From the NCBI GenBank assembly GCA_965113315.1, contig OZ220371.1: 64,000 nucleotides of DNA. The stretch is one strand, 5' to 3'. The DNA comes from Podarcis vaucheri (Eukaryota). The position numbers and the translations under genes are program-made. Under the pieces are notes generated by a model that worked only from the letters and a program-made list of their open reading frames with translations, ran no database searches and was not told the origin of the DNA. How positions within the stretch are numbered: the stretch's first letter is position 1; each line of letters opens with the position of its first letter. Positions 11,755-26,700 of the stretch are shown in pieces.

Positions 11755-14700
11755 CTGAAATTAAAGGGTGGGAAAGGAAAGGAGAGAGAAACACACAGAC
11801 CAGAATATTAACAAAGGGTTACAAGAATTAGTGCCAGAATAAGAACCACAAGAAATTTGGGTGGGTAAATTTAAACACGACAAATATGCATGTGAGATTT
11901 GCTAGTCTCTGAGGTGCCACAACCCTTAGCTTAGCTGGGGGAGAAGCAAAACGGGCATCATTTGGCTTGGCAATACACGTGAATGAGGCTGGCGTGTAAA
12001 ATCTAAATATATATTTGGATGGAAAAAACTACATTACATCTGCAAGCATATGAATGGCAATATAGAAGAACTCAAATGGGTTACAGGTACCAACATTCTG
12101 CTAATAAAAGATCGGGGGAAAGAATAAAAAAAAAATAATTCAAAGAATTTGTGCCTTCAACATGAACTCAATTTCTGTAATACATCTCAAGCTGAATTCA
12201 AATGCTCAGCTTTTGTTTTGTTTTTTTAAAGGAGCTGGGGGAAACTTCCCTTGTGCATGATCATACTTAACATAAACTGCTCGGTGGTACAGAATGTTTT
12301 GCATGCCAAAAGGCCACAAGTTCAATTCCTTTTATCTCCAGGCAGGGCTGGAAAATATGCCTGTTTGAAATCCTGGAGAGTCTATCCTTGTGTCCCTGTG
12401 GTGCTTGCAGTGCTCTTAATTCACCATTACTCAGTTTCAGCCCACACATAAGAAAGTATAAGCTATATACAGTGGTACCTCGGGTTAAGTACTTACCGTA
12501 TTTTTCGCCCTATAGGGCGCACTTTTCCCCCTCCAAAAATGAAGGGGAAATGTGTGTGTGTCCTATGGGGTGAATACAGGCTTTCACTGAAGCTTGGAGA
12601 GCGAGAGGGGTCGGTGCGCACCGACCCCTCTCTCTCCAGGCTTCAGGAAGCTATCCGTAAGCCTGGGGAGCCCGTGGGAGTTCCCGCAGGGCTCCCTAGG
12701 CTGCGGATAGCAGCCTGCTTGTCTGGAGCGCGGGGCACACTGAAGCAGAGGGCCCTGCGCTTCAGGAAGCTATCCGCAGCCTGCTTGTCCGGAGCGCGGG
12801 GCACACTGAAGCAGACAGATATCCGCAGCCTAGGGAGCCCTGCGGGAGTTCCCGCGGCTGGGGGGATTTCCCCCCCTTTATTTCCCCTCCCAAAAAAACC
12901 TAGGTGCGTCCTATGGGCCGGTGCGTCCTATAGGGCGAAAAATACGGTAATTCATTCCGGAGGTCCATTCTTAACATGAAACTGTTCTTAACCTGAAGCA
13001 CCACTTTAGCTAATGGGGCCTCCTGCTGCTGCCGCGCCGCCGGAGCATGTTTTCTGTTCTCATCCTGAAGCAAAGTTCTTAACCTGAAGCACTATTTCTG
13101 GGTTAGCAGAGTCTGTAACCTGAAGCATATGTAACCTGAAGCATCTGTAACCCAAGATACCACTGTAAAGGGAATGTTCCAGTGAGCTGGTAATTCTGTT
13201 ATTCCACATTATGAGGAAGGAGGCAGGGGGAAATCCTGGAACACTCTGCCTTTCCAATCAGAAAACAGAACAAAACTGGGAGTTGCTATCTCTCAGGATG
13301 AGTGACAGACAGGCCCCTCTAATCTATCGAGGAATTATTGTAAATAGAATACTCTCCTGCATTATCAGGAAATGTTAATTGCTACTAAAAAGACTTTACT
13401 TTTCTAAACATTGTTTTTTTAAAATAAAAGAGAGAGAAAAAGAGAATACAATGCATCCTAAAATATTTTTACTATATATTTTCTAGCTGATTTGTGAGAT
13501 GCCTTGGAGGGGAAGTAAACCAATACTTAATGAAGTACAGTACTACAATTAAAAAAGGCAAATTTGATATTAATTACATACTGATGCATCAAATTAGAAA
13601 AATATTTTCTGCTAGGCATCAGCACTGAAAAAGCATATTATCTCCACAAAGAACACCCATCCTGTACCATAAAGAGTTATCTTCTCAAGTTGTATCTTGA
13701 CTAAATTACTGCAGCCTGCCTGGATCTGTTGAGCTAAGTTTCCAAGGTAGATTTACTTCATTCCTGTCATGATCCACAATCCTCTCCCATGAGCTTGTGA
13801 AGGTATAATTATCAACAACAAAGTGTTGGTGTTGACCTTTAAAGCCCAAAACAGCCTCCGCCCAGTATACCTGAAGGAGCGTCTCCACCCCCATCGTTCT
13901 GCCCGGACACTGAGGTCCAGCACCGAGGGCCTTCTGGCAGTTCCCTCACTGCGAAAAGGGAAGTTACAGGAACCTGGCAGAGTGCCTTCTCGGTGGTGGC
14001 ACCTGCCCTGTGGAACACCCTCACATCAGATGTCAAGGAAATAAACACCTGACTTTTAGAAGACATCTGAAGGCAGCCCTGTTTAGGGACGTTTTTAATG
14101 TTTGATGTTTTATCGTGTTTTTAATATTCTGTTGAGAGCCGCCCAGAGCGGCAGGGGAAACGCAGCCAGATGGGCAAGGTTTAAATAATAAAATTATTAT
14201 TAAGCCATGGCTAGAGAGGAGCAGATATGATGTGGAACCAAGACCAAGTTTACAGCTTCAGGACTCCTAGGAAGCCTACACGCCTGTTCAGCGGCATAGC
14301 TAGCCACTTGGGCACCAGGGACGAGGCGCCCACATGCCAGAATCCCGGTGCCCGAGCCCCGTTCCACTCTGGTGCCCTGCAGTCCCGCATTGCTTTTTTG
14401 AGCAGCGTGGAGCCTACAGGCCCCCGAGCCACCGCGTCACTCCCAGAAGAGACGCATGGCTCGGGGGCAGCAAGTGCCCCCCCATGGTGTGGCACCCAGT
14501 GCCCCCCGCCCCCCAGCTACGCCTCTGCTCTTGTTTGAATCCAATACCCAACATGCTTGTGACAGCGGCGAAGCAGTCCTTAGACTAAGATCGTTCATCT
14601 TCCACATACTTAAACCAACATATAAGAGACTACCAGTCACTGAACAAATCTTGTCCTTACCTTCAAACACTTGATGATTGTTTCTAAGTAAGGTCTGGAG

Positions 14701-17700
14701 GCCTCCATACTCATTCTTCAGCCTTTTTAAAGTGTCTTTGTCCAAATGTTCTGCAATTTCACTCAGGGGGAGACTCTCTGCAGAAAACAATATATTTATG
14801 TAAAGTAATTGCTAACCCTCAGCAATATTTTCAGTTCTGAGCTTCTGAGAACAGCAGGCCACGACGCTTAAGAGTGCTATGGAAAATACCCTTCTCTATG
14901 TAGGCAAATAAAACAAATTACACCCTGTGCCTCCAGTCGGCATGCTTCATTTTGCTGCAAGAGGCACTAAAGGAAGATGCTCTCACTGGCCATGTGTGCA
15001 CCAGCATATTTAGCTACTACTTTTAAGCAGTAAGTTGCTCTTTTAAGAGGTCAGTTGTTCCTCAGACACAAGGTTTGTGCACTCAGAATTGGAAGTTGTC
15101 CATCCATTAACTAAGTTATCATCCTGTATAAGACAAGAGCTCTGACCAACACAGAGCAATGTAGCTACTATTGCCATTTGAAGGAATCTACTTTCTGTAA
15201 TTTTCATACGTGCATATTATAATTTTGATGGTTACAGAACTTCCAAATTCATGTGCCTAAGCTGCTACGATGTATATCAACATTAAACAATCCCCTTCTT
15301 TCTATACAACTGTCTGTGGACCACTGTGCTTATTGTGCAAGTGATGACAGGATGCTAAGCTTTGTCCAAAAAAAAGGGTATTCAAAACTCCCTCTGCAGT
15401 ATAATAACACTGTCTGTGGCCTAATCTTGCATGCTGACTACAGAAAGTGGTATATGGAGAAAAGAGATATAGCTGGTGGTGAAGCATCAAATCTATCCCT
15501 GTGAATGCATCCTGTCTAAGGTTTCAATGAAAATGCTTCACTTCAAGATGGAATGTGTGTTGCATTGGTAAAGTTGATGTGCACAGCGAGAACATGTTGC
15601 CCAGTTATATAATGGCAATACAGTGATGGCGGTTAAGAGGTTTTACTATTTTGTCACCTGGAAGTGTTACCCAGGACAACTTTTGAAAGTGGTAAAGAAT
15701 CTTCTGAGTACCACCTAAAGCCTTCAAAGAGTTGCTGTGACCATTTTGCTAAGCATTTCCCAGATAAATTCACTCCCAGCCATGATGACCTGGACACTAT
15801 GGTTATGATAAGAGTCACAGGTAGACAGGACCAACGTTATATCTAGCAGTTTTCTTGAAGCCCTGCCACCTGTTTGCTGGATCCCTGCCCACCTTGTCTG
15901 GTTGAATCAGCAAAATCAAGAGTGGAAGTCTGGACTTTGGTTTTGGGGCTTTAAGATGGTAGTTGTGAAGCCACTCCTTTAAAAAGGCTAAATTCAGATC
16001 TTGTGCCATTGGTCATTCTTCAGCAAGGTATTGGTGTGGGTTTTGACTTTGTAACACCATAAACTTTTCATGCTGCTGATTATTTTGATCACCTTGAAGC
16101 CCACGTCTGAAAGAGAAATGGCCTTGACTGCTGCGGTGGATGACTTATGTCATAGAATGGATGCAAGGAGAGGGCAAAGAAAAGAAGAGTTAGTTCTTCT
16201 AGACACTTTGGAGACTTTCAAGACCATCAGTCATGGTATCCTTCTGGATTGTCTATTATTGTTGGGCTTAGAGGGCTTACAGTGGTTCTGGTCATTTCTG
16301 GATGGGTGCTGCCAGATGGTAATAGTGCTGAGGGAATCTTGCTCTGCCTTGTGACCTTTGGATTACAAGGTAATGGAGGACTTCCCTGAAATTTGTTCTA
16401 CAGGGTATTATGTATGCAAGTATTATGAGAAACACGTCAAGAACAAAGAGGTAAAACTAACAAATTGTTTTGCTATTAATCTACCATTAGAATCATAGAA
16501 TCATAGAATCATTAAACTTACCAGGTGACCAGTTTGGCATTATAGGAAACCTACAACCATCAACTGAATGCAGGTGAGCTGGCAGAGGCATTAGCAGCCA
16601 GCAGCTATTCTGTTTAGCTTATTGCAGTCTCTGAAGCAGAGCCTGGAGTGCTGTCTCATGGTGTATGTAGGACCAAGAGACATGGATGGTGAAGGAGCTG
16701 CTGAAGTCATGGGCAACACCTGTGCCATGTTTGTCTTCCTGCCTAGGAATGTGCAAAGGTACACCTGCAGGAAGTGCAAGTTGGCTGCCTTGCTGGAAGA
16801 GAAGGTACAGCAACTTGAGGCCCAACTATTCACATGAGGAATTTCTCACTAGACCAGAGTGGAACAGAGATGTAGGCGGGGTGCCCCTAGGGGAGGAAGA
16901 TCACTCAATGGGGGAGTCAACCCTCTGGAGGAGGATGACACACAGAAGCAGAACTGTCAGGAGCCATGCAAAATTGATTCCATGCCCTTACCTCGGTCAC
17001 TGATTCTGGGCCAGAGGAGCAAGAACAGCAGTTGCAGACCACCGAAGGTACAGGCTGTGGAAGGCACTGTGCACAGAACAATTCTTGCCACACCCCAGAG
17101 GAGGAAGAGACGTGGGGTTTTGATAAGTGACTCACTACTGAGAGGGACAGAGGCAGCAGTGTGAGGAGGATGTCCTGGGAGGTGTGCTGTCTTCCAGGTG
17201 CAAAGATTCACAATGTGACAGAAAAGTTGCCAAGTTTTATAAAGCCTTCTGACTGCAACGCCTTCCTTCTGATTCACGTGGGTACAAGTGCCAGACAAGT
17301 GCCAGACAGAGCCTTTGACACATGGCAAGGGACTATGAAACTCTGGGTAGGAAGCTGAAGGGCCTTGGGGCACAGGTGGTTTTTGAAGATCATGGCCCAG
17401 GGAGAGAGAGGAAAATATTGGAAATAAAACCACTGGCTAATGTTATTCTAGACTACATCAACAGAAGAGTAGAGTCCCGATCAAGGGAAGCAATGGTACT
17501 ATTTTCTTCTGCCTTGGTCAGACCACAACTGAAGTACTGTGTCCAGTTCTGGGCGCCACAATTTAAGAAGAATATTGGCAAGCTGGAACCTGTGCATAGG
17601 AGGGGAACCAAGAGGAACAAGGGTCTGGAAAGCAAGACTGATGAAGAATGGTTGAGGGAGTTGGGTATGTTTAGCCTGGAAAAAAGGAGACTGAGAGGAG

Positions 17701-20700
17701 TTATGACAGCCTACTTCAAATATCTCAAGGGCTGTCACGTGGAAGATGGAACAAGCTTATTTTCTCCTGCTTTGAAGCCTAGGACCCAACCAATGGATTC
17801 AAGTTACAAGAAAAATGGTTCTGAATAACATGCAGAAGAGCTTTCTGACAGTAAGAGCTGCTCAACTCGGGAAATTGGCCTCCCTTGGGAACTTGTGGAC
17901 TTCCTTGGAGGTTTTTAAGCAGAGGTTGGATGGTCATCTGTCACGGATACTTTAGTTGAGATTCTTGCACGGCAGGGAGTGGACTAGATGGCCCTCGACG
18001 TCCCTTTCAACTCTACAGTTCTCTGATTCTATAAATGTGGCAAAGCAGCAATAGTCAACATAAAAAGGCTTTTGGGTAGAACAGACAGAAACTTAATGAG
18101 AAACTCATGTCTCCTAGCTGTCATGAACATAATAAAGGATGTCGTGGTAAATTTACAACATCTCTTAACAATTTACACAATAAATCTGAAAAGGGAGAAT
18201 CTACAAGTATTGGTGTACTTGGGAGGTTATGGTCTTCTATAGGAGACAAGGGAACAAGCAAGAGGATTCTCTGGCCAAGGGGTAAAGCTGAGCAGATGGG
18301 AAACAGACATAAGGGCAAATGAGAAACACATTTCCATTTGGAACATGGTAACATTTGTTTTCAACTGAAATAAATGGGGCCTATTGGATTAATTTCTCTA
18401 TTGATTTTAAAAAGAATGCACCCTCAACTCTGTTGTTTACTCATACTGAATTACAACCCAGTGTTCAGAATGCGAAGGGGGAGCTGCTTACTCAGGAGAA
18501 GAAGGGAGACCCAGAGATGCCATCTTCCTCCTTTTTTGTTGATACTTGATCCGCCAGCCCTCAGGGCTGCTGTCTGGCTCTTGCTACACTTCCCCTTTTG
18601 AAGCTGAGGACTGAAGGGATGAAGGGATGTTGCTAAAGAGAGGAGAAACGGAGACCTACCATCCTTTCCCAAGGTACCATCACTGCAGGGAAAGTGGTGA
18701 TCTCACTGCTGGTAACCATGTTGGTGTTTATAAAGCAAAGAAAGCAGGAGAATACACATCAAACTTCTTGGGGATATCACTCGTAACACTTCTCACTGCT
18801 TTCTTGGCATCTGTGTTCTCTAGTTGTTGAGGAGAGCAATGGTGCCTCCAAGACAAACTGATGGCCGCTTGTGTGAAGAACAGCAGGGGATCTGGCCAAG
18901 TGACAGACTGTGGTTTCTGCAACCAAGCAGCCCTTTTACCTCTCTTCTGCTGGAAGCCGAGAGAAAAGAATAGTAACCCTTTAGTTCAGCACCAGTTGCT
19001 TTCCTGCTCTGAGGGAGAAAGGGCAAGACTGAGTGTGGGGAGCCAAGAACTTCAGGGCTGCGGTGCAATAAAATGATCGTCTGAGTCCCTATAAATGTGC
19101 CTTTCTCTCAGAAAAGCAAAAGCTCAGTATAATTCAAACGATGTGATATGAATGATGCTGGAGCCCTGCTGCTCCTAACCAAGCAGGGCTGCTCCTGAAG
19201 CTGATGGACACCCCTCCCTGGTGATCTTGCTAGAGGATCCAGCCTGCCAAGCAAGGAGTGGTACCTGCCAGGACTAAAGGCTTCTTTATCTTGGAACCAC
19301 TAGGTAACTATAGTTAAAGATGCATCCTAAATCAATAGTGTGAACAGACCATTGAATCTGAACTGGACTAACAGAAAATTAGGTCAGGTGTAAGAGGGGA
19401 GGTCAGAGCACAGGAGCACAAGGCTTGTCCACACAGCATCAAACCATTATTTTTTGGTTCCATCTCAACCAACTGAGGCGAGGTCTCCAAAAACTTTCTC
19501 TCTGCTGTATGCTCACATTTATTCAGTACAAAAACAAGAAGTTGAAAACAGACAAAACAAAGCCTTGGACGGAGCACTATTTATTGCTGAGCTTCCCAGG
19601 GATGAATCCTAAAATCTGTTTATGATACTTGGCTAAGTCCTAGAATATAAGAGGAAGAACTGCTTATGAGCATGTGACTAATGCATTTCACACACTGCTA
19701 AGAATTACAACTTATCCACCCACATACATTTAAAATCAAGAATCCAGGCTCACCACCAGACATATTACTCAGGCACGGCCCCCAGCCCCTCCTTCTGGAA
19801 ATGAAGCATGACCCCATCTCCTCTACTAGAATTATACACATTTATCATCTACAACACAGGGATGCGGGTGGCGCTGTGGGTTAAACCACAGAGCCTAGGG
19901 CTTGCCGATCAGAAGGTCGGCGGTGAGTTCCCGTTGCTCAGTCCCTGCTCCTGCCAACCTAGCAGTTCAAAAGCACGTCAAAGTGCAAGTAGATAAATAG
20001 GTACCGCTCTGGCGGGAAGGTAAACAGCGTTTCCGTGCACTGCTCTGGTTTTAGTGTTCCGTTGTGCCAGAAGCGGCTTAGTCATGCTGGCCACATGACC
20101 CAGAAGCTGCCTGATGAAAAACGCCGGCTCCCTCAGCCAATAAAGCGAGATGAGTGCCGCAACCCCAGAGTCGGCCACGACTGGACCTAATGGTCAGGGG
20201 TCCCTTTATCTTATCATCTACAAAAATCCACTCTTTGTTTCTCCCCTATCTCCAAGAAATACCCTCTCCCCAAAACATTAGCAATTCTACCATTATTTGG
20301 GTGCCCCCAAGGAGCGCTATGGCCCAAGAGAAGCCTAGAAATCTCTTGCTAATAAAGGGCTGTATCTAAAGAATAATTTCTTTCCAGGCATGCTGTCTGT
20401 GTCAAGCCTTTACTGTGCCGTTATAATACAATATATTTTTATGACTTGCTGGATGTCAGCTTTTTCCATTCCAGAAACTCCATAATATTTAAGAGTTGCT
20501 GGAAAACAATGGGTGCCTGCCATTTACAGTTCTGTATGATGATGAATTCAGCGTGATTACCCAGAATGCTTTTTAACATCCTTCAGATGAGGTTTGTGAA
20601 TTCAAATATAATAGACAATTTCAATTTATAGGAAACTTCCATTTTAAAATAATATATGAAGCAAAAATCTCACCTCCTCGATTCCACGCGTTGGACATTT

Positions 20701-23700
20701 CAAGCGGACTCCCTTTGGTCTCCTTTAACAGTAATTTTGCTACCTTCAAAACCACTTTGTCTACCAAATCCTGGGGGAGAGTAGTACAGTTTCTCACTTG
20801 TTCTTTTCCCCTGGGCAGAAATCCAGATATTAGGACTTTCCCCACATCTGTCTTTTGGGATACTTTTGTATCTGCTGCTGGGCAGATGGTGACATCGCTT
20901 GCAGCTGGGAGGCTGTCATGTTGATGAACTCCATCTATTTGACGATCTGGTGCTACCATGATGCTTGACTGGCGCCGACTGATATACTGTGCTCGCTGTT
21001 CATCAAGTACAGCACCCTGCGTTGCTAGATATGTTCTAGACGTCCCGATGAGGCATACCTAAGAGCAGCAGAATTAATGCTATTTAGACACAAAACACAA
21101 AATTATATGCCCTGAACAAAGAGACCCTCCCACTCAAGCAGCTTGCCTCAATTTTATTGTATTATAGGGCCATAAGGCAACACTCTCCTCCAAACAACAA
21201 CCAATGTATTATCCTCCCACATTAAATCTGGATCAGACAATGTTCAGCACATCAGATATGACTGCAAAGCAGAGAGCATGATCCTCTTGTTTAAAGTGAC
21301 TATAGCTTCGAGGACGGGGAAAACTCAGCAGAGTCACCAGCCAAACTGGGCTAGAAGTTGCTTCACCCCCACTCCCACAATCCCAGAATAAGGAACTATG
21401 CAATCAGAACTTCACCACTAAACACTCCTCGGGATACAGTGGTGCCCCGCAAGACAAACGCCTCGCGAGACGAAAAACTCGCAAGACGAAAGCTTTTTTC
21501 GTTTTCGAGTTGCTTTGCAAGATGAATTTCCCTATGGGCTTGCTTCGCAAAACGAAGCTTGCCCCCACACCCCGGACCTCTTTTGAAGCAAGGGGCGGCG
21601 GGGAGAAGATTGCTTCTCCCCGTTGCCAGCCCCGCAATCTCCGGGGACAGAGGGGAAGGCGCGTGCTCGCCTTCCCCTCTGTCCCCGGACCCCTTTTGAA
21701 CCAAGGGGCGGCAACGGGGAGAAGCGATTCTCCCCGCTGCCCCTTCCCTTGCTTTAAAACAGGTCCGGGGACAGAGGGGAAGGCCCGCAGCGCTTCCCCT
21801 GTCCCCGGACGGTCTCCATAGGAACGCATTGATTGATTTTCAATGCATTCCTATGGGAAACCGTGCTTCGCAAGACGAAAAACTCGCAAGAAGAAAAAAC
21901 TTGCGGAACGAATTAATTTCGTCTTGCGAGGCACCACTGTACTAGCCCAACCTGCCTTAATATTCGGTCTTTGGTTGTGGAAGACTCAGAGGAGAAAAGG
22001 ACCACCAAGAGAGAACAGCCACCCTCCTAACCTTAAAAGTCTACCATGTAATAACTTGATCGTTTTAAGTTGCATTTCTGATGTGCCTACAGTGTGATGC
22101 ATTGTTCAGTGGGGAATTAGATGACATGAAAGCCCCATCTGTTATGTCTGCTTTGCAATAGTTGATTTGAGCTTACAAGGTTCAAAACAACATACTGTGC
22201 TATGGGCTGGCATTTTGATGCCAACTTCATGTGGATGCACTATAAAACGTTTATAGATAAGCAACAGCTATCTCACTAAGAAAACTTGTCTACAGACAGG
22301 TGTTTATGGTGGGACTGGTGCTCCTCACACATGCAAGTGTTATGCAGGGTCCACATGATTGATTCTTATTAATAATTACTGCATTTATATCCTGCCCTAC
22401 ATCTCAAAGGAGTGCAGGGCAGCAAACAAGAAGTGATTAAAAACACACCAACTTAATAACATACTTTAAATGTCCAATTAGTCTGGATAATTTCAGTGTC
22501 CTGTATTTAACTCAAGTCCATCTTGAAACCAGTGAGATTCTGTGCCCTCAACTGTTCTGTATGAGACAGTTGTTAAAATGTATTGCACTGATAGGACTGC
22601 TACAGCTCTACAATCTAGGTTTATTAAGATGCTGCCAGTTTTTAGCTCTCTGACCATGCAGCAGCCTTCCTTAACCAAACACTTTCCTGCCTTACTTTCA
22701 AGGGAAATTCAACCCATCAGGATTATTAGACATTGACTGGGAGAAGTGCAAATACGGGGGGGGGGGGGAGCAAGAGCTTTCCATTGCTACTTTCAAGACC
22801 ACCGATTCAGCCAGGCTACAGCAAGATATTCTTCTAAAACCCAAGGCTATATGAAGCAATTAAAATGGATTAAGAAAAATGAATGTTGTTACGGAAGGGG
22901 GGGGGCATGTCTTCTTCACTACAATATATTTGCTCAATTTCTCTAGGACTCCATCACCCCTCCCCTGTCCTCCATAATCTCTCAAGTAATCCTGTCAAAA
23001 TCACTCTGCCAAACCTTTCCTCTGGGCAATGCCAGGTGACAGACTATGTGTACATGGACCATTGTCTTCTCAGGATGTGCTTATCTGCGCATATCTCCAG
23101 CTCTGCATATTCCCCCTCCCTCCTCCATCCGGCTCTCTGCATATTCACCCCTCCCTCCTCCATATGTTAATCTGTGTAACCCAACCTCTTCTTAATGTAT
23201 TCATGATGTAACTGGGATGTATTTTGCACTGTATTCTGGGATATGGAGGGAAATTTCAAAAGTTCATGTCACCCCTTTCTCTGGGTTCAATCTCGCCTTG
23301 AACCTGTTGCGCAATAAACTTGGATCTTCTGCAGTTTGCTCCTGCGTCCGGCTGAGCTCATTTTCTTCCGCAGGGACCCACGGACTTAGTCCGATGAGCT
23401 GGGTGGCAGAGTAACCCCACACCCAGATTTTAGCCGTAACAATGTGGAAGTTACCCTTTTCGTTGAAGGAATTCTAAGGCAATCTTCTTCCACACGAAAG
23501 CCACATACAAATCCCACTTCCATAACAAAATCAAGATACTCTCTATACTGGGTCTTCTTACTTTGCCTTCGGTTGTACTTTCCATAGAAATCAAAGAAGC
23601 AGCAAGGCAACAGAAAATAGCGGCAAGAATAGGAAGACCTGCAATAAGGGAAATGTGATGAAGCTATTGAAATTACATCTGCAAATACTTATGCAAAATC

Positions 23701-26700
23701 TACAAGCTGTTGCACCTCCTGGATTTGACAGAAGTGTCACAGTTTAGGGTTTATGAAGATCAGACTGATCTCCCATTTCCCCTTTCACTCTGCCATGCAG
23801 TCTAAGGTCAGAGCAGGCTTCCTCAAAGCCTCAGCCCTCCAGATGTTTTGAGACTACAATTCCCATCATCCNNNNNNNNNNNNNNNNNNNNNNNNNNNNN
23901 NNNNNNNNNNNNNNNNNNNNNNNNNNNNNNNNNNNNNNNNNNNNNNNNNNNNNNNNNNNNNNNNNNNNNNNNNNNNNNNNNNNNNNNNNNNNNNNNNNNN
24001 NNNNNNNNTCTGGCTGGGTTTCCCCAGCCACTCTGGGCGGCTTCCAACAAAGATGAAAAATACGCTAAAATGTCACATATTAAAAACTTCCCTGAACAGG
24101 GCTGCCTTCAGATGTCTTCTGAATGTCAGGTAGTTGTTTATCTCCTTGACATCTGATGGGAGGGCGTTCCATAGGGCGGGCGCCACCACCGAGAAGGCCC
24201 TCTGCCTGGTTCCCTGCTAGCTAGGGATCATGGGAGTTGCAGGCCAAAAACATCTGGAGGGCCGAGGTTGAGGAAGCCTGGGTCAGAGCATTTTCCTGGC
24301 AAGCTGGACTATAGAAGAGCCAAGCCTGCCTTGACTTCCTGGAATCTGGTTTCCAGCTAAAAGGACACCAGATTCCCGAAAGCTTTTTATTCTATTCCAT
24401 CTCAAGCTCCAATTTCCCTTGCATTTTAGACTGCTAATGGGATCGTTTAAATATTTTTTCTTGACTCATTTTCTAGAATCAGTAAGATATAGATATTCTT
24501 TTAAGTAGAATGTTGTATTCTTTCATGGCCCACAGCCAATACAGAAATAAAACTGAATTGAGTTGATATACCTCATCTAAATGGACTGCTGCCCCCTGGT
24601 GGCTGTTCACACTACTATTCGTCACCAAAAATTCTGCTCCCCATCACCACCAACCTCTACCTATTATTCTTCCATTTTCAAATGCTTTTAGTTCATCTAA
24701 ATATTGCATTTTACACTGGTTTAACCTGCCCTGGGAACTTATGGTGAAGAGGAAGTAAGAATTTAAATTTTTAAAATTTTATATCCTGTCTTTTTCTCCG
24801 GCAGGGACTCAAGGCAGCTTACAGATAAAACAGAAATAGCTAAAAACATCATTTAAAACAATTAAACATTAATAGAACATAGAGAGATTATTACCACAAA
24901 CAGCCCACCCACTGGCAGTTCCACATCAATCCCTTAGCAACTGCTTCAGTTTGCTTCTCTGCCCTTCCAAGTCTGTCCCCCTCCCACCAATAGCCACATT
25001 CTCGTGGCGTTTGGTGTACAGCAAATGTGGAGGAACCTTTCAGGCATTCAAGGCCCTTGAAGCAAACTCAAACCTCTGTTGCTCTTTTCTCTGGATTATG
25101 TTCTAAATCAGGCTTCCTCAACCTAGGCCCTCCAGATGTTTTTGGCCTACAACTCCCATGATCCCTAGCTAGCAGGACCAGTGGTCAGGGATGATGGGAA
25201 TTGTAGTCTCAAAACATCTGGAGGGCCAAGCTTGAGGAAGCCTGTTCTAAAGAAACCCAACTTTCCTAGGCTTCAGAGGAGTTCATTTCTGCAAGTTTTG
25301 CGTTTACTGCAGCTTTTTCACTGGCTTCATTACTTCAGCTCAGATCCTCTCCTCAAAAACCATATTTTGTGGTGTGTGTTGCTGTTTTTGACATAGCTGA
25401 TTTTTATACTATCCTTATTCTGTTTTTATTTGTTCCATGTACCATGGCAGAAAGGCGATTAGTAGATATATCATTCCATACTGGTTCTTCATCCTAAGAT
25501 AAGAGTGTCCACTTTGTTTTTAAAAGCACTGAGGTTTGGTACCTGGCTGCAATTACAGGTATCCATGGTGTCAGCTCATCAGAATGATTTCCAATCAGCC
25601 AGTCAACATCTGGATACAGATTGTCTGGACTAACTGTATTTTCCTAAAAGGAAGCAAAACAATGTCTTTTACACAGCATGTCACACAAAGTAAACAAAAC
25701 TGGTAGAAGTGTTTTACTACTGAAATCCATTATCGTTCACATCAGATTTACAGTTTGATTACATTTCCAAAATAGCTTGAGTTAGTGATGTTGTGAGAAT
25801 GGTTCACCATTTGATTTACTCATCTCTTTGGGCTTCCCATGGGCTTCTCAGAGGCCATGGTGAGAACACAATACTGGACTGGGTAGAAGCCTCTGTTCTG
25901 ACCCAGGAGATCTCCTTGCAGTCTTACGTTTCTTATATGTTTCAAAGCCTACATTTATACTACTCTTATTTTCACATTTTAAAAAACAATTCAAATGTAC
26001 TTAAGCTTATTCTTTTAAAACAAGAGGGAAGTTGAAAACTGAAGGTTATTTTACCTTCTGAGAAATTCTAACAGAAGTTTTGGTAGTAAACCTTTAAGAC
26101 TCAAAATCTCTTTTCATATCATCCATTCCTACTAAATAGAAAATCTGGATTTCTTCCTGATCACTTCGGCAAAGGGTCTTCACTTCAGTGCCACCTCACA
26201 CCTGAGGCAAAAAGATTGTTTAATACACCCCCTTTCTCTGTATCCATTGCAGCTTATACTATGAGCAAGATGCTTTTATGCAATGGGTCATAGCGGATTC
26301 CGAAGGCTATTAAAAATGAAATAAAATGCAACCTTTCCCCTAAACCATTTTAATATGTTACGTATTCTCTCATAATGTATAGGTCAATTACTGTGTGGTG
26401 TTCTCTCTCACATTGATGGGGAAGGTTGAGACAGTGAGAGAAAGAATCAACAATCCAAATTAAAGTGAATGCAGGATTAATTTGTTTTTACTTCTTCATT
26501 GTACAAATTTTCTACCTCACTCTTCTTTAAAAAGAAACTAGGAGAGCTTACAACATAAAACACTGCAACAACAAAATCTCAGTTACAAATGATACAGGTA
26601 ATACAAAGAGTCCTTATGACGTATATTAACATCAGGTCTGCTAATCCGCTTATCAGCTGATCCGATCAACAGATAAGCCGCTAAAAGCTGCTAATAGCCC

